Shown one piece after another: positions 9,048 to 18,937 of a DNA stretch of 20,000 bases. A program made the position numbers and the translations under genes. The notes below the pieces were generated by a model. That model did not search any database. It was given only the letters and a program-made list of their open reading frames with translations, and had not been told where the DNA came from. The DNA comes from an uncultured virus (IMG/VR IMGVR_UViG_3300024272_000072). Taxonomy: Duplodnaviria > Heunggongvirae > Uroviricota > Caudoviricetes. The stretch lies in IMG/VR virus record IMGVR_UViG_3300024272_000072; one strand, written 5' to 3'. Position 1 is the first letter of the stretch; each line of letters opens with the position of its first letter.

Positions 9048-9061
9048 AATCACAAAATCAG

Positions 9062-9226
9062 ATGAGAATCAGATGAGTTGTTGCAATAGTTGTGAGCATT
9101 ATTGTGTGAATGTTCACGCCAGCTGGACTATATGTATATACGATTCCGTTTCTCATTTGATGTATGTGATGAAAAAAAGTTCGAAAATTTTATTTCAATT
9201 TTTTCTTCAAGCAAGATGACGAATAA
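9062..9226 (+). CDS. Small membrane protein (54 aa), first early gene
   Basis: MRIRGVVAIVVSIIVGMFTPAGLYVYTIPFLIGCMGGKKVWKFYFNFFFKQDDE*; overlaps the next start. Confidence 0.55.
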
Positions 9227-9947
9227 AAACTATTTCAAATGTTTTCGCTTGTTTCTTGAAACTTGAAAGAAGCTTGATGATTCGATGAAGTGAAAATATT
9301 ATGAATCATTGCTTGAATATTGACTTGATTGAATCAAGCCCACTGATCCAATCATCGACGCGTTGTTGACTTCTGCGATGTATTCGATTGACAAATCAGA
9401 TGAAGAACTGAAAAGAAAATCTGAATCAATGCAATGAAATCAAAACGCAGTCAAGAGCTTTGAAAAGCTATCAAAACAGAAAAAAACAGACAAAAACAAA
9501 AACAAACAGAACGAAACAGAGAAAAACATATGAAGAAAAGAAGTATATGAAGAATATGAAGATAATACAAACAATAATAAAATCATCATAAATGATGATT
9601 CAGAATCAAAAGATTCTGTTCAGTATTGAAATGAAGAAGTGAATAAATGTCTGACGAGAATCAAATCATATAATTGATGACTATTAGATTGAACAGTCAA
9701 AAACAATCGCAGATATGCAAAACTTCTGATTGATAAACTGAACAAACTTGAATCGATTCAAGCTTGAAAATACACACGAGAAGAAACGCTTGACATCATT
9801 CTTCAAGTGATTTCGAAAAACAAATACCACGTTTCGAAAATTACATCAGCAGAATCGATTTATCGCAATCTTGCAGTTCTTATGCAGACGTGCAAGAATG
9901 ACATTTGAAAAGCACAATCGAATCAAATCATTTTACCTACAATTTAA
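9216..9947 (+). CDS. Phage replication initiator / replisome organiser (DUF6291-like N-terminus), 243 aa
   Basis: N-terminal ..KKLDDSMKGKYYESLLEYGLDGIKP..MQGNQNA, then a low-complexity K/N/Q linker containing DNA repeats, then a C-terminal domain. This is lambda O-like architecture at the start of the early operon. Confidence 0.7.
9471..9618 (+). repeat. Iteron-like repeats and palindromes; putative replication origin
   Basis: Six phased 10-bp units with consensus nnnAAACAGA (9471-9530), then palindromes AATCATCAT-AA-ATGATGATT and CAGAATC-AAAA-GATTCTG (9581-9618). Confidence 0.6.
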
Positions 9948-9955
9948 TCAAGAGA

Positions 9956-10276
9956 ATGAATCAAATCAAAGTTTATAAAGAAATGACTTATGTCGAATGC
10001 TATGACTGAACGATATTTGAAACACCTGCAAAATTTGAGACAGTTGTTCAATTGCGAAAAAATGCTGACTTGTATGTTCAAATATGAGACACATCAATCG
10101 CAAAATGAAACATCAAAACAATCACGAAAAAGCAATTGTCAGATGTTGAACAAATATTGTATTCACAAGACAGATTCGTTCGCGAACAATTACAGAAAGA
10201 GATTGATGATAGAATCAAAAATTGATTTCGTGTGAATGTTGAGATTGTACAAAATTTACTTCAAAAATATTTGTAA
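9956..10276 (+). CDS. Hypothetical protein (106 aa)
   Basis: Open with TGA=Gly; MNQIKVYKEMTYVECYDGTIFETP... Confidence 0.7.
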
Positions 10277-10278
10277 AA

Positions 10279-10479
10279 ATGCCGATTGAATGAATTACCG
10301 AACGAGAAACACAGCCATTGTTCAAAATCTTTCTTCGCAGAATATGATTCAAGAACTTTGACGAATACATTGAACTGTTTTGAGACAATATCGAAAAGAG
10401 AAAAGAAACAGTTCGCCGATTTCAAAAAACATACCCACTTTTTACCATTAAAAAACAAGAGAAATGAAAAACATCTTAA
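10279..10479 (+). CDS. Hypothetical protein (66 aa)
   Basis: Open with TGA=Gly; tightly packed between neighbours. Confidence 0.55.
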
Positions 10480-11069
10480 AAAAACTCGCAGAAGCAAAAA
10501 AGAATATTGCTTCACAGAAAATCACAAAAGAGTGAAAGAACACTTATTCAAACTATTCATATTTCACGCCAGAACAAGTCAGTTCAATTGTTCAGAAAGC
10601 GTGTGATGAATTCAAACTGTTCACAAAATTTGACTTGATCCGTGATGAACAGTGAATCGAATGACAGTTGACGATATACGATATTGAATCAGATGAAAAT
10701 ATCACGTTCATTTGAGCAACTGCAATTCCAGAAATCAAAGCAACGAACGTTGCACAACAAATCTGATGATGTATGACATACACCGAAAGATATTTGAAAA
10801 TGACAGCGTTCTGAATCGCAGACAATTCACTTGATTTCGATACGACTGAAAACACAGAAAAGACAGCGAAAGCACAATCAAAAGCTGAAACTAAAAAAGA
10901 AACAAAGCGATTCAACAAAGAACAACTCGAAAACTTGAAAACAAATACTGAATACTTGAAGAAATTCGAGAAATCAGACGATTTGCTTCAAGACATTCAG
11001 AAACTTTGATATTCAGTCAGCAAAGAAATGAAGATGAAGATTGCTGATGTTCGAGCAAGTGTTGAATAG
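10464..11069 (+). CDS. erf: ERF-family single-strand annealing protein (201 aa)
   Basis: KEGKNTYSNYSYF near the N-terminus and AQQIGGCMTYTERYLKMTAFGIAD, matching the ERF Q..G...TY.rRY....fgi motif. Confidence 0.8.
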
Positions 11070-11101
11070 TTTTCTATTTATTCCTTAATCAAACCAACAA
11101 A

Positions 11102-11473
11102 ATGCAACAAGAGAAAAAAAGAATCAGAAGTGTTTGAAAATATCACTTCGAAAATGTCAGAATCTGTTGTGAGACAGATGTGATATATACGAGATGTCGT
11201 ATTTGTAAAGAATACAAACCAAGCAACTTGAAATATTTCAGAAAAGATTCTGATCCAAACGCACAAAGATTGATTCAACCATTATGTCTTGAATGTGCAA
11301 GACAAATGGAAAAAGCGAAAAGATATAAAAAAGTTGAAGCAGAAAAACCAATCACAAACGTTGAACAGAAAGAATTGTTTGATTGAAAAGTCTTCACGAA
11401 AAAAGAATCAGAATCAAACGAAACACTCGAATCAAAAATCAACAAAATCTTTAATTTCTTATGACTGAAATAA
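11102..11473 (+). CDS. Zinc-ribbon hypothetical protein (123 aa)
   Basis: CRICKEYK...F...LQPLCLEC-like CxxC pair. Confidence 0.7.
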
Positions 11474-11475
11474 AA

Positions 11476-11868
11476 ATGAACATACAAGAAATAATCGACA
11501 AATATGAATCATTCAAAAAGAAATGATTGAAACTAAACGAACAAGATATGTTCGACTGGCTTGAACTTCAAGATGTGATTGAAGACAAAGTGATTGAAAT
11601 CAAATCAAAATATCTTGAAGACAAACTTGTATTCGACCGTGATTATTGATTGCGTCTGATTGAGTTGAAAGACAAGAAAGACGCAGATTGAAAAAAGATT
11701 TTCACAGATACAACAGCAAAAGCATTTTGCGACAATGAGTTCTTTGAACGTGAACTTGCATTGATTACAGCAAAAGCAACGTATGAGAATCTGATGAACA
11801 AAACAAACAATGTTGTTGAATACATCAATGTGATAAAATTATCAATGAAGAAAGACTTTACAATTTAA
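11476..11868 (+). CDS. Helical hypothetical protein (130 aa)
   Basis: Open with TGA=Gly; MNIQEIIDKYESFKKKGLKLNEQDMFDWLEL... Confidence 0.7.
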
Positions 11869-11878
11869 TCAAAACAAA

Positions 11879-12088
11879 ATGACAGAAACAAAAGACAAAA
11901 TAATCAATCAATGATTATCGATTGAAAAAGACAAATTGTTCGCAATTTGCAAATGAGACCGAAAGCTTGCAAGAGTTGAAATGATGATGACGTTGAAGAA
12001 CGTGTTGAAAGTTTCAATTCTCGAAGCACACGAGAAAACAAAGCAACTGAAACCCGAACGAGAATCTTTTTATTCCTTAATCAATTAG
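11879..12088 (+). CDS. Hypothetical protein (69 aa)
   Basis: Open with TGA=Gly; A-rich leader. Confidence 0.6.
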
Positions 12089-12089
12089 A

Positions 12090-12896
12090 ATGAGACAAAA
12101 GATAGTTTATATATTGAGCATTTTATTCGCAATACTCGTGATTCTATGAATCGTATTGTTGAAATGAAATGTTGTTGCGAAATCAGAACCGATTCAAGAA
12201 ATATTGAATCAGATACAAACAAATGAATCTGAACTGCAACAGCTTGAAATCAGACAGAATGAATTGAATCAATGAACTGCAATGTTGAAAGAAGAATTGT
12301 TCGTGAAATATTGATTGCAACTTTCAGAAAAAGAAGAAACAGAACTTTTGACTGATGAAAATTGAAATTGTATTTGATGAATCTGATGTTCAAAAGATGA
12401 ACGAACACCGTGAAAATTGAATGAAAGTTGAAACGCACAAGAAATGCCAATTGTTGAATGAAATGATTCACACGATAAATTCAAGAATCTTGCAATTGCT
12501 TATTGATTGGACGCTTCACAGATTCGAGCAGTCGAGAATCACTATTGAATCACAGAATGAGTGATTCTGTGCATTACAGTCGCAGAAACATCTTGATGAA
12601 ACAGATGAGCTTGATGAAAAAATATTTGAAGTGTATGAAGCAATGACAGATGAGAAAGACCAACTTATGCACTTATGGAATCTTGACTTGAAGATATTTG
12701 AAAAACATTGACGAACAGATATTTGTGAAAAAAACAAACACTTTGATGTCTTTCAAATGCGTGAAGTTGTAAAGAAACAAACGACAATTGAAAAAGATAT
12801 GCAACGAGTGAATCACACCGAGAAAAAAATATGACAGCGTGTCTTTCAACAATTTATTGAAGCATTGATCCAGCGACATTCAGCATAAGAAGATAA
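12090..12896 (+). CDS. Membrane-anchored lysozyme-like hydrolase (GH73/glucosaminidase-like), 268 aa
   Basis: N-terminal TM helix, coiled coil, then HYGI..VILCITVAETSGG..KNIGSVGSND..RYATSESHWEKN (catalytic Glu and YAT..W motif). Confidence 0.65.
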
Positions 12897-12921
12897 AATT
12901 TATTTTCTTAATGCAAACAAA

Positions 12922-13479
12922 ATGAGAAAATCACAAATCAAAGAATTGTATGATAAATTTCTTTGACTGAAATGTTCAATGTCAGTTTACTATCAGAGAA
13001 TCAAACATTGAATTGATCCATTCACAGCAATGAAACCAGTTGAAAGAAAATATGAAGTCAGAAGCAAGAAATATTGAGCAGAGCTTGAACGATACAACAA
13101 ACAACCACAACCGAAACCACCGAAGCAGAAATTCTATTGAAGACTTCAAAAATGATATTCAAAAGAAGAAGCAATCAAGATTCAACTGAAATGTAAAGAC
13201 AGAAAAAAGAGATGACAAAAAGATTTGTATGTGAAAGCATACACAGTCAAAGAAAGAAGATACAAACAAGATGACTATGAAATCAGAATCACGTATCATT
13301 CAGATGAAGCAAAAGTTTTCAAAGATGAATATGAAAGAATGATACGTGAAACTGAACAAAAACGAAATGAGACTGATGACATTATTGAAGCAAAAGAGCT
13401 GAAAAAGAAACTCGACAAACTGATTGAAGAATATGCACTTTTTATTTCTTATAATAGCAAACAAAATGAATCATTGTAG
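12922..13479 (+). CDS. Hypothetical DNA-binding protein with two short repeats (185 aa)
   Basis: YYQRIKHGIDPFTAM and FYGRLQKGYSKEEAI repeats resemble the PVL ORF50-type motif. Extends track ORF 13225..13479 upstream through TGA. Confidence 0.65.
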
Positions 13480-13903
13480 AATTTGTTGAAAAACAATACC
13501 GAACATATTCAATTGATGACTTGCATTGCGATGTTCAGAATGTCGTGCGATTCAAGATGAAAAACTTTCAGAAATGATGTTTGAACACGACAGTCTTGAA
13601 TCAGAGAATGAATATTTGAGAAGTCGTTTCTTTGATACAGAAAGAGAATATGCTGAAAGAAATTACAAATATTCAAAACTGAAAAAAAGATATGATTTAT
13701 TGCGACAAAGACATTCTGTCGTTATCAGAGAAAACGCAAGATTGACGAAAAAGAATGAAGAAATGAACAGAGTTTTTATGCAGAAATGCGAAGAAATGAG
13801 AAAAGAAATATTTGATTTGAATAAAAAAGTTGAAGAACAATATCACACGATCCAACAATATGAGCAATGATTCGCAATTTGAAGCTATCATTGAGAAGAA
13901 TAA
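13466..13903 (+). CDS. Zinc-ribbon plus coiled-coil hypothetical protein (145 aa)
   Basis: HCRICGK...WCSECR followed by long heptads; extends track ORF 13526..13870. Confidence 0.7.
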
Positions 13904-13928
13904 TTTTAGACCATAATCAAAAGAAATA

Positions 13929-14291
13929 ATGAAAAAGAGAACATTCAGAAATAAATTTCAAGTATTCTCACTTGAAAGATATGATCCAAACACGTGAGAC
14001 GAAGTTGTTTATGTTTCAGAAATGTTTGAAAACATTATTGAAAAAGCAAAAAAAATTTGATATGAAAAATCAATTGATGTGTATTTATACGAACGAACGG
14101 CTGACTGAATTTGATATGTTCACGAGTGAAAAGACCTAAAGTTCAAATATTGAATATCAAAAATCAACTATACAGACAGAGAAAGAGTATGAATCAAATC
14201 AGCAATCATCGCAACTTTCTGAAAAGTAGAAGACGCAAAACTTTTTGAAGATATTTCAAAATATTGTGATATTTGTCTGCAACAAGAATAA
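13929..14291 (+). CDS. Hypothetical protein (120 aa)
   Basis: Open with TGA=Gly. Confidence 0.65.
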
Positions 14292-14316
14292 TTTTATATC
14301 AATTATTATTTATCAA

Positions 14317-14562
14317 ATGGAAAAGAAACAAGAAAAAAGAGCTGAAAAGCCACAAATCAAAAAAATAATCACAGAATCTGAAATTTATTATTGAACAAAT
14401 CGAAAAATCATAATTTCAAAAAGAATTCTTTCAAAATCATATATTGTGAAAGTGAGACACAACACACGAAAAGAATCAACATTGATTGATAAAGATTTCA
14501 ATACTTATGAAGAAGCCGAAGAATATGCAATACAATATCTTGAAGAAACGATGAAATTTTAG
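14317..14562 (+). CDS. Hypothetical protein (81 aa)
   Basis: Open with TGA=Gly; ends DFNTYEEAEEYAIQYLEETMKF*. Confidence 0.65.
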
Positions 14563-14580
14563 TTCAAAATATTTCGAAAA

Positions 14581-14955
14581 ATGAGACAGAAAATCAATCT
14601 TTTTGAAGATCCAGAATATAGAAGAAAAAAAAGAATCAGAACAGTATGAGATTTTGATTCTGCAAAAAGAAAAATGGTGAAATTATTTTGTCAGATTTAT
14701 TTCTGAAATGAAAACTGTCGAAGTCGAATGGAATACATCGGCTGATATATGAAACAGACAATATTTGTAAAATCAAAAGAAAATAAAGATTATATATTCA
14801 ATCTGAATGATATATTCACAGCGTTGTATTGCGATATTTCATCAGAGATGTTGTTTGAACGATACAAATGCAATGAATATTTGATGAATAATTGACACCA
14901 AGAACAGTCTTTGAAATCGTTTTATTTGTCGTATTTTGAATCAGATGAATGATAA
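14581..14955 (+). CDS. Hypothetical protein (124 aa)
   Basis: Open with TGA=Gly. Confidence 0.65.
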
Positions 14956-14956
14956 A

Positions 14957-15298
14957 ATGAAGAAATTGATGAATCTATTGAACGAATATTTGATTGAAAT
15001 TGAACGATGATTCACAGTCAATTATCGAAACGAAGAATTCAAATGCTTTGATGATTTAGAAGAAACTTGACGAAATATAAATCAAGAATTATTGATTCTG
15101 AAATCATTCAAATTCATCGAACGATTATTTGAACGCAAAAAAATTGATGAAAACAAGTTGAGATGAGCAAACCCATATTTCAGACTTGAATGATGATGAA
15201 TCTTCAAATCAGCAAAAGAAAAAAGATACTATACGGCTTTGATGTTGCTTGCAATCACAGATGAGCCGATGAAACTTTTATCATCTATTTTGAAATAA
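14957..15298 (+). CDS. Hypothetical protein (113 aa), paralogue of 15782-16159
   Basis: Shared motifs FKFIEWLFERKKID and LMLLAITDEPMKLLSSILK*. Confidence 0.7.
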
Positions 15299-15299
15299 T

Positions 15300-15599
15300 A
15301 TGGAAAAAAATATATGACTACGAATATTCTGAATATGAATATCTATTCTTATGATTCCTGTGATATGTGCAATCATAGAGAACAAAAAAATTCATTTATG
15401 AGATACAATTTATAGTGATTGGTGATGTCCGTGATGAATAGTTGTTTGATTGTCTGATGAAGTAATAATCACATCAGATTTATCGTGAAATATTCAATGT
15501 GAATATAATTTGTCAGCGATTGATTATGACTTGAAGAAGAAAAATCTGAATCATAGACAGACAGCAACTTGATATGAGTATATTATAGACAGATTATAA
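15300..15599 (+). CDS. Hypothetical protein with N-terminal TM segment (99 aa)
   Basis: MEKNIGLWIFGIGISILMIPVICAII... Confidence 0.6.
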
Positions 15600-15629
15600 T
15601 CAAACTTTTATATTCAATTTTGAAATAAA

Positions 15630-15779
15630 ATGAAAATGACAATCGCAGAATTTTTCATCATATTCATCATCGCTTTGATTGTTTGAATATGAATCGCTTT
15701 GATTCCTGAATTGATAAACTGTGCAACAATGCAAGTTTCAGAAATGCCGTGATATTGCTTTTATTTATTGCAGAAATAA
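15630..15779 (+). CDS. Small membrane protein (49 aa)
   Basis: MKMTIAEFFIIFIIALIVGIGIALIPELINC... Confidence 0.55.
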
Positions 15780-15781
15780 AA

Positions 15782-16159
15782 ATGACTGAATTTGAAGCAC
15801 CAACAGAACAAGAAGCAAAGCTTTTGAAATGTTTTGAAAATTTTCTTATGGAAAGAAATGAAAAAGAAGATTTCACAATCATAGTCAAATGATTGCCTTG
15901 ATGTTATCTTTTCTGAATTCACGAATCAGTTATTATTTCAAGAACATTCTGATTCATCAAACGATTGATCCAGACAGACAAAATTGATTATGACAAGACG
16001 TTTGAATGAAACGCAATGGCTTGAACTTGATGAAATTATGCAATCAGCGTTTCAGCATTCACAAGCAAAACACGAGAAGAAATTCAAATCGACAAAATCT
16101 TGATGATTTTGAGTGTGAATGAACGACCTTTGCACTTTTTACAATCTATTTTGAAATAA
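15782..16159 (+). CDS. Hypothetical protein (125 aa), paralogue of 14957-15298
   Basis: FGFIKWLIQTDKID and LMILSVNEWPLHFLQSILK*. Confidence 0.7.
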
Positions 16160-16160
16160 A

Positions 16161-16286
16161 ATGTCAGTATTATTTGCAATATTTTCAATCATCTATTGAT
16201 TGATATTCATATTCACTTTTCAAGATTCGAAATTGATTATTTCACTTTTGTTTTCGATTCTTGCAACGATTCATTCGTTTATATAG
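16161..16286 (+). CDS. Small two-TM membrane protein (41 aa)
   Basis: MSVLFAIFSIIYGLIFIFTFQDSKLIISLLFSILATIHSFI*. Confidence 0.5.
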
Positions 16287-16309
16287 AAACACAAAGATAT
16301 TGAATCAAG

Positions 16310-16333
16310 AAAGTCGGAAATTCCGACTTTTTT
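16310..16333 (+). terminator. Intrinsic terminator closing the early operon
   Basis: AAAGTCGGA-AAT-TCCGACTTT followed by a T tract. Confidence 0.85.
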
Positions 16334-16364
16334 CAAAAAGATTTCGTTTTGAATCAAAATAATA

Positions 16365-16444
16365 TAATATCATATTGACATAAGATATTCGGAAATTGTA
16401 GAGCGTTGACGATACGTGCGTATTTATCTTCGCTTTCTTTTTTT
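16365..16444 (+). promoter_or_regulatory. Late-operon -10 box and 5' leader containing the inverted copy of 8850-8891
   Basis: TATAAT at 16365-16370 with no good -35; 42-nt element at 16375-16416; a short hairpin and T tract before ATG 16445. Confidence 0.55.
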
Positions 16445-16891
16445 ATGTGAAAAAAGACGAAACAACAAATCAGCAAAAAAAAGCTGAATGATGAAAATGT
16501 TGAGCTTGCGAAATTGATTGCAAAAGTCAGAGACAAATACACTTGTCAGCATTGTTGAAAAACAGCAAGACAGACATCAATTCACGCAAGCCACATCATC
16601 AATGAAGCAAGAGACCACAGACTTGCAAGCGATCCATACAACATCAAAGCTTTGTGCTATAATTGCCACATCAATCGACGACACAAAAACCCAATCGAAG
16701 CAAGTCAACGATTCAATGAAAAACGACCTTGAAGATATGATGAACTTCAAGCGAAACACATTGAATATATGAATAAATGAAGCATTGACATCAATCGAAT
16801 GCTTGAAAGAAATCAAGAATTGAGAAAGCAATGTGAAGAAATGAAAATTGATATTTCAAAATTCAAATTCTGACAAAAATTTATTTCATAA
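16445..16891 (+). CDS. NinG/HNH-like nuclease (148 aa)
   Basis: KVRDKYTCQHCG..IHASHI..NIKALCYNCHINWWHKNPIEASQWF. Confidence 0.75.
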
Positions 16892-16906
16892 ACAAAACAA
16901 CGCACA

Positions 16907-18160
16907 ATGAAAATTCAAGAAATCAAAATTGATTCGTTGATTCCTTATGAATACAACAACAAGAAACACGATGAGACACAAGTCAATCGTCTTGCGAATT
17001 CAATCAAAGAGTTCTGATTCATACAGCCACTTGTGATTGATAAAAACAACATCGTGATAATCTGACATTGAAGACTTGAATGAGCAAAAAAATTGTGATT
17101 GAAAACTGTTCCTTGCGTGAAAGCCGAAACACTGACAGAAGAACAAGTGAAAAAATTGAGAATTCTCGATAATAAGTTGAACGAATCGCCACGAGATATT
17201 GAGAATCTGCAATATGATTTGTCAACGATAAAAAATTTCAACATTTGAGACATAGAAATCACGATTGATGATTTATTTTGAGATATGTTCCCAGAAGAAG
17301 AACCAGAAACAGAAGTCAAAGATGTTGAATCAAAAATCTGAAAAACTGCGAAAGTTGTGAAGAAATGAGATATTTTTGAACTATGAAATCACAGATTGAT
17401 GTGTTGAGATTCAACAAACGAAAATGATGTTGCACAATTGATGTGAGATGAACGTGCAGACATATCATTCACTTCGCCACCATACAACGTCTGAAAGAAT
17501 GCGAAATTGAATGCGTGAATGAGATGAGATGATTCAAAATATGAAAACGATTCTGACGATAAAGATTCAGAAGAATACAGACAATTTCTTGAAACATTCA
17601 CAAAACTTTCACTTGAACATTCTGAATATTCATTTGTGAACATTCAATCACTTGCGTGAAACAAAATATCATTGATTGATTATCTGTATGATATGAAAGA
17701 CCAATACGCAGACACAATCATTCGAGATAAATGACGAAGCGCACCAGCAATGTGAGAAAACGTTCTGAATTCAAGTTTCGAATACATTCACGTATTCAGC
17801 CACAAATGAAATCGTGCAATCTGAACAATACCATTCAGATGAACATTGCAGAATATTTTTCACGTCAGCTGACAGATGAAAAACGAATATTCAAAAATTC
17901 ACAGTGCAACATTCTCAATCGAGTTTGCAGAACACTTCATCAAAAATTTTGCAAAAGACAGCGTTCTTGATTTGTTCTGATGAACTTGAACATCAATGAT
18001 TGTTGCAGAACAACTTTGAAAGAAATCGTTTCTTATGGAATTAGATCCTTTGTATTGTGAAGTTATCATCAAAAGATTTCACTGATTGAGACCAGAGCAA
18101 AAAATCAAATGCACAAACAGAGAAATCGAGATTGATGAAATTTTATCTGATGACGAATAA
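16907..18160 (+). CDS. ParB-like N-terminal domain fused to an N4/N6 DNA methyltransferase (417 aa)
   Basis: LIPYEYNNKKH..SIKEFGFIQPLVID..IGHGRL (ParB-N); HRLMCGDST; catalytic FTSPPYN; SAM-binding VLDLFGGTGTS..MELDPLYCEVIIKRF. Confidence 0.88.
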
Positions 18161-18163
18161 TCT

Positions 18164-18355
18164 ATGAACAAAGACAAAATGGAAAATTTGCTGTGAGTTG
18201 TGATAAACAACACAAGCAGAAACTACAAACAGAAAAATCTTGAATTGTGCTATCTTGTTGAAAGATTGCTTGATTATATCTCATACAATCTATTCAAGAC
18301 AAACAAGAAAAGACGAAGACGCAGAATCATCATTTATTTATTAAAAAAATTATAG
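18164..18355 (+). CDS. Hypothetical protein (63 aa)
   Basis: Open with TGA=Gly; abuts both neighbours. Confidence 0.5.
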
Positions 18356-18850
18356 ATGAAGAAGATTCACGATTATTCAGCTTTGAAACTCGAATTCTTC
18401 AAATCTGATTTTGATGAAGTGAAAGCGTTTATCACTGATAAATGACTGACATATAATTCAGAACGAACGAAAAGAACAAAATGACGAACAAAAGAGAAAC
18501 AAGAACGAAAAAAGAACATCGTTGAAAAAGCATTGATGAAACAAGCCGAGAAACAAGCGAATGAATTATCTGTGCCAATTGAAGACTTGATGAAATGAAA
18601 GAAAGCAGTTCTTCAATTGTTGCTTGTTCAAGTCTCAAAGTTCGTGAAAGCGAATCAAGATAAAAAAGACATCGACATCGATGTGTGAGACGCAGAAAAG
18701 ATTCTGAAAATGTTCAAGACTGAACTGTGAGAACCTGCAACAATTTGAGCGAATTACAATATGAACGCAAGCAAGGTTGAATGACTGACAGATGAAGAAT
18801 CAGAAGCGCTTGATGTTCTGTTCAGCACGAAAATCAAAAAAGTCAAATAA
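18356..18850 (+). CDS. Putative terminase small subunit (164 aa)
   Basis: Lies directly upstream of TerL; size and helical content fit; contains TKGWTKEKQEW and KTELGEPATI. Assignment is mainly positional. Confidence 0.6.
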
Positions 18851-18937
18851 TCAGATATTGATTGAGATTAGTGAGAATCGCTTCCGACGGTGGAATGAAA
18901 AACACAGTATATTGACATATTTATTATTTATCAATCA

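Noticed and set aside
9471..9530. CRISPR array
   Set aside because: The repeats are 10-bp tandem units without spacers, inside a coding region; no repeat-spacer array was seen anywhere in the window.
15630..15779. MTIAEFFIIF as a type IV prepilin N-terminal motif
   Set aside because: No Gly at the cleavage position and no pilin body; probably a generic TM helix.
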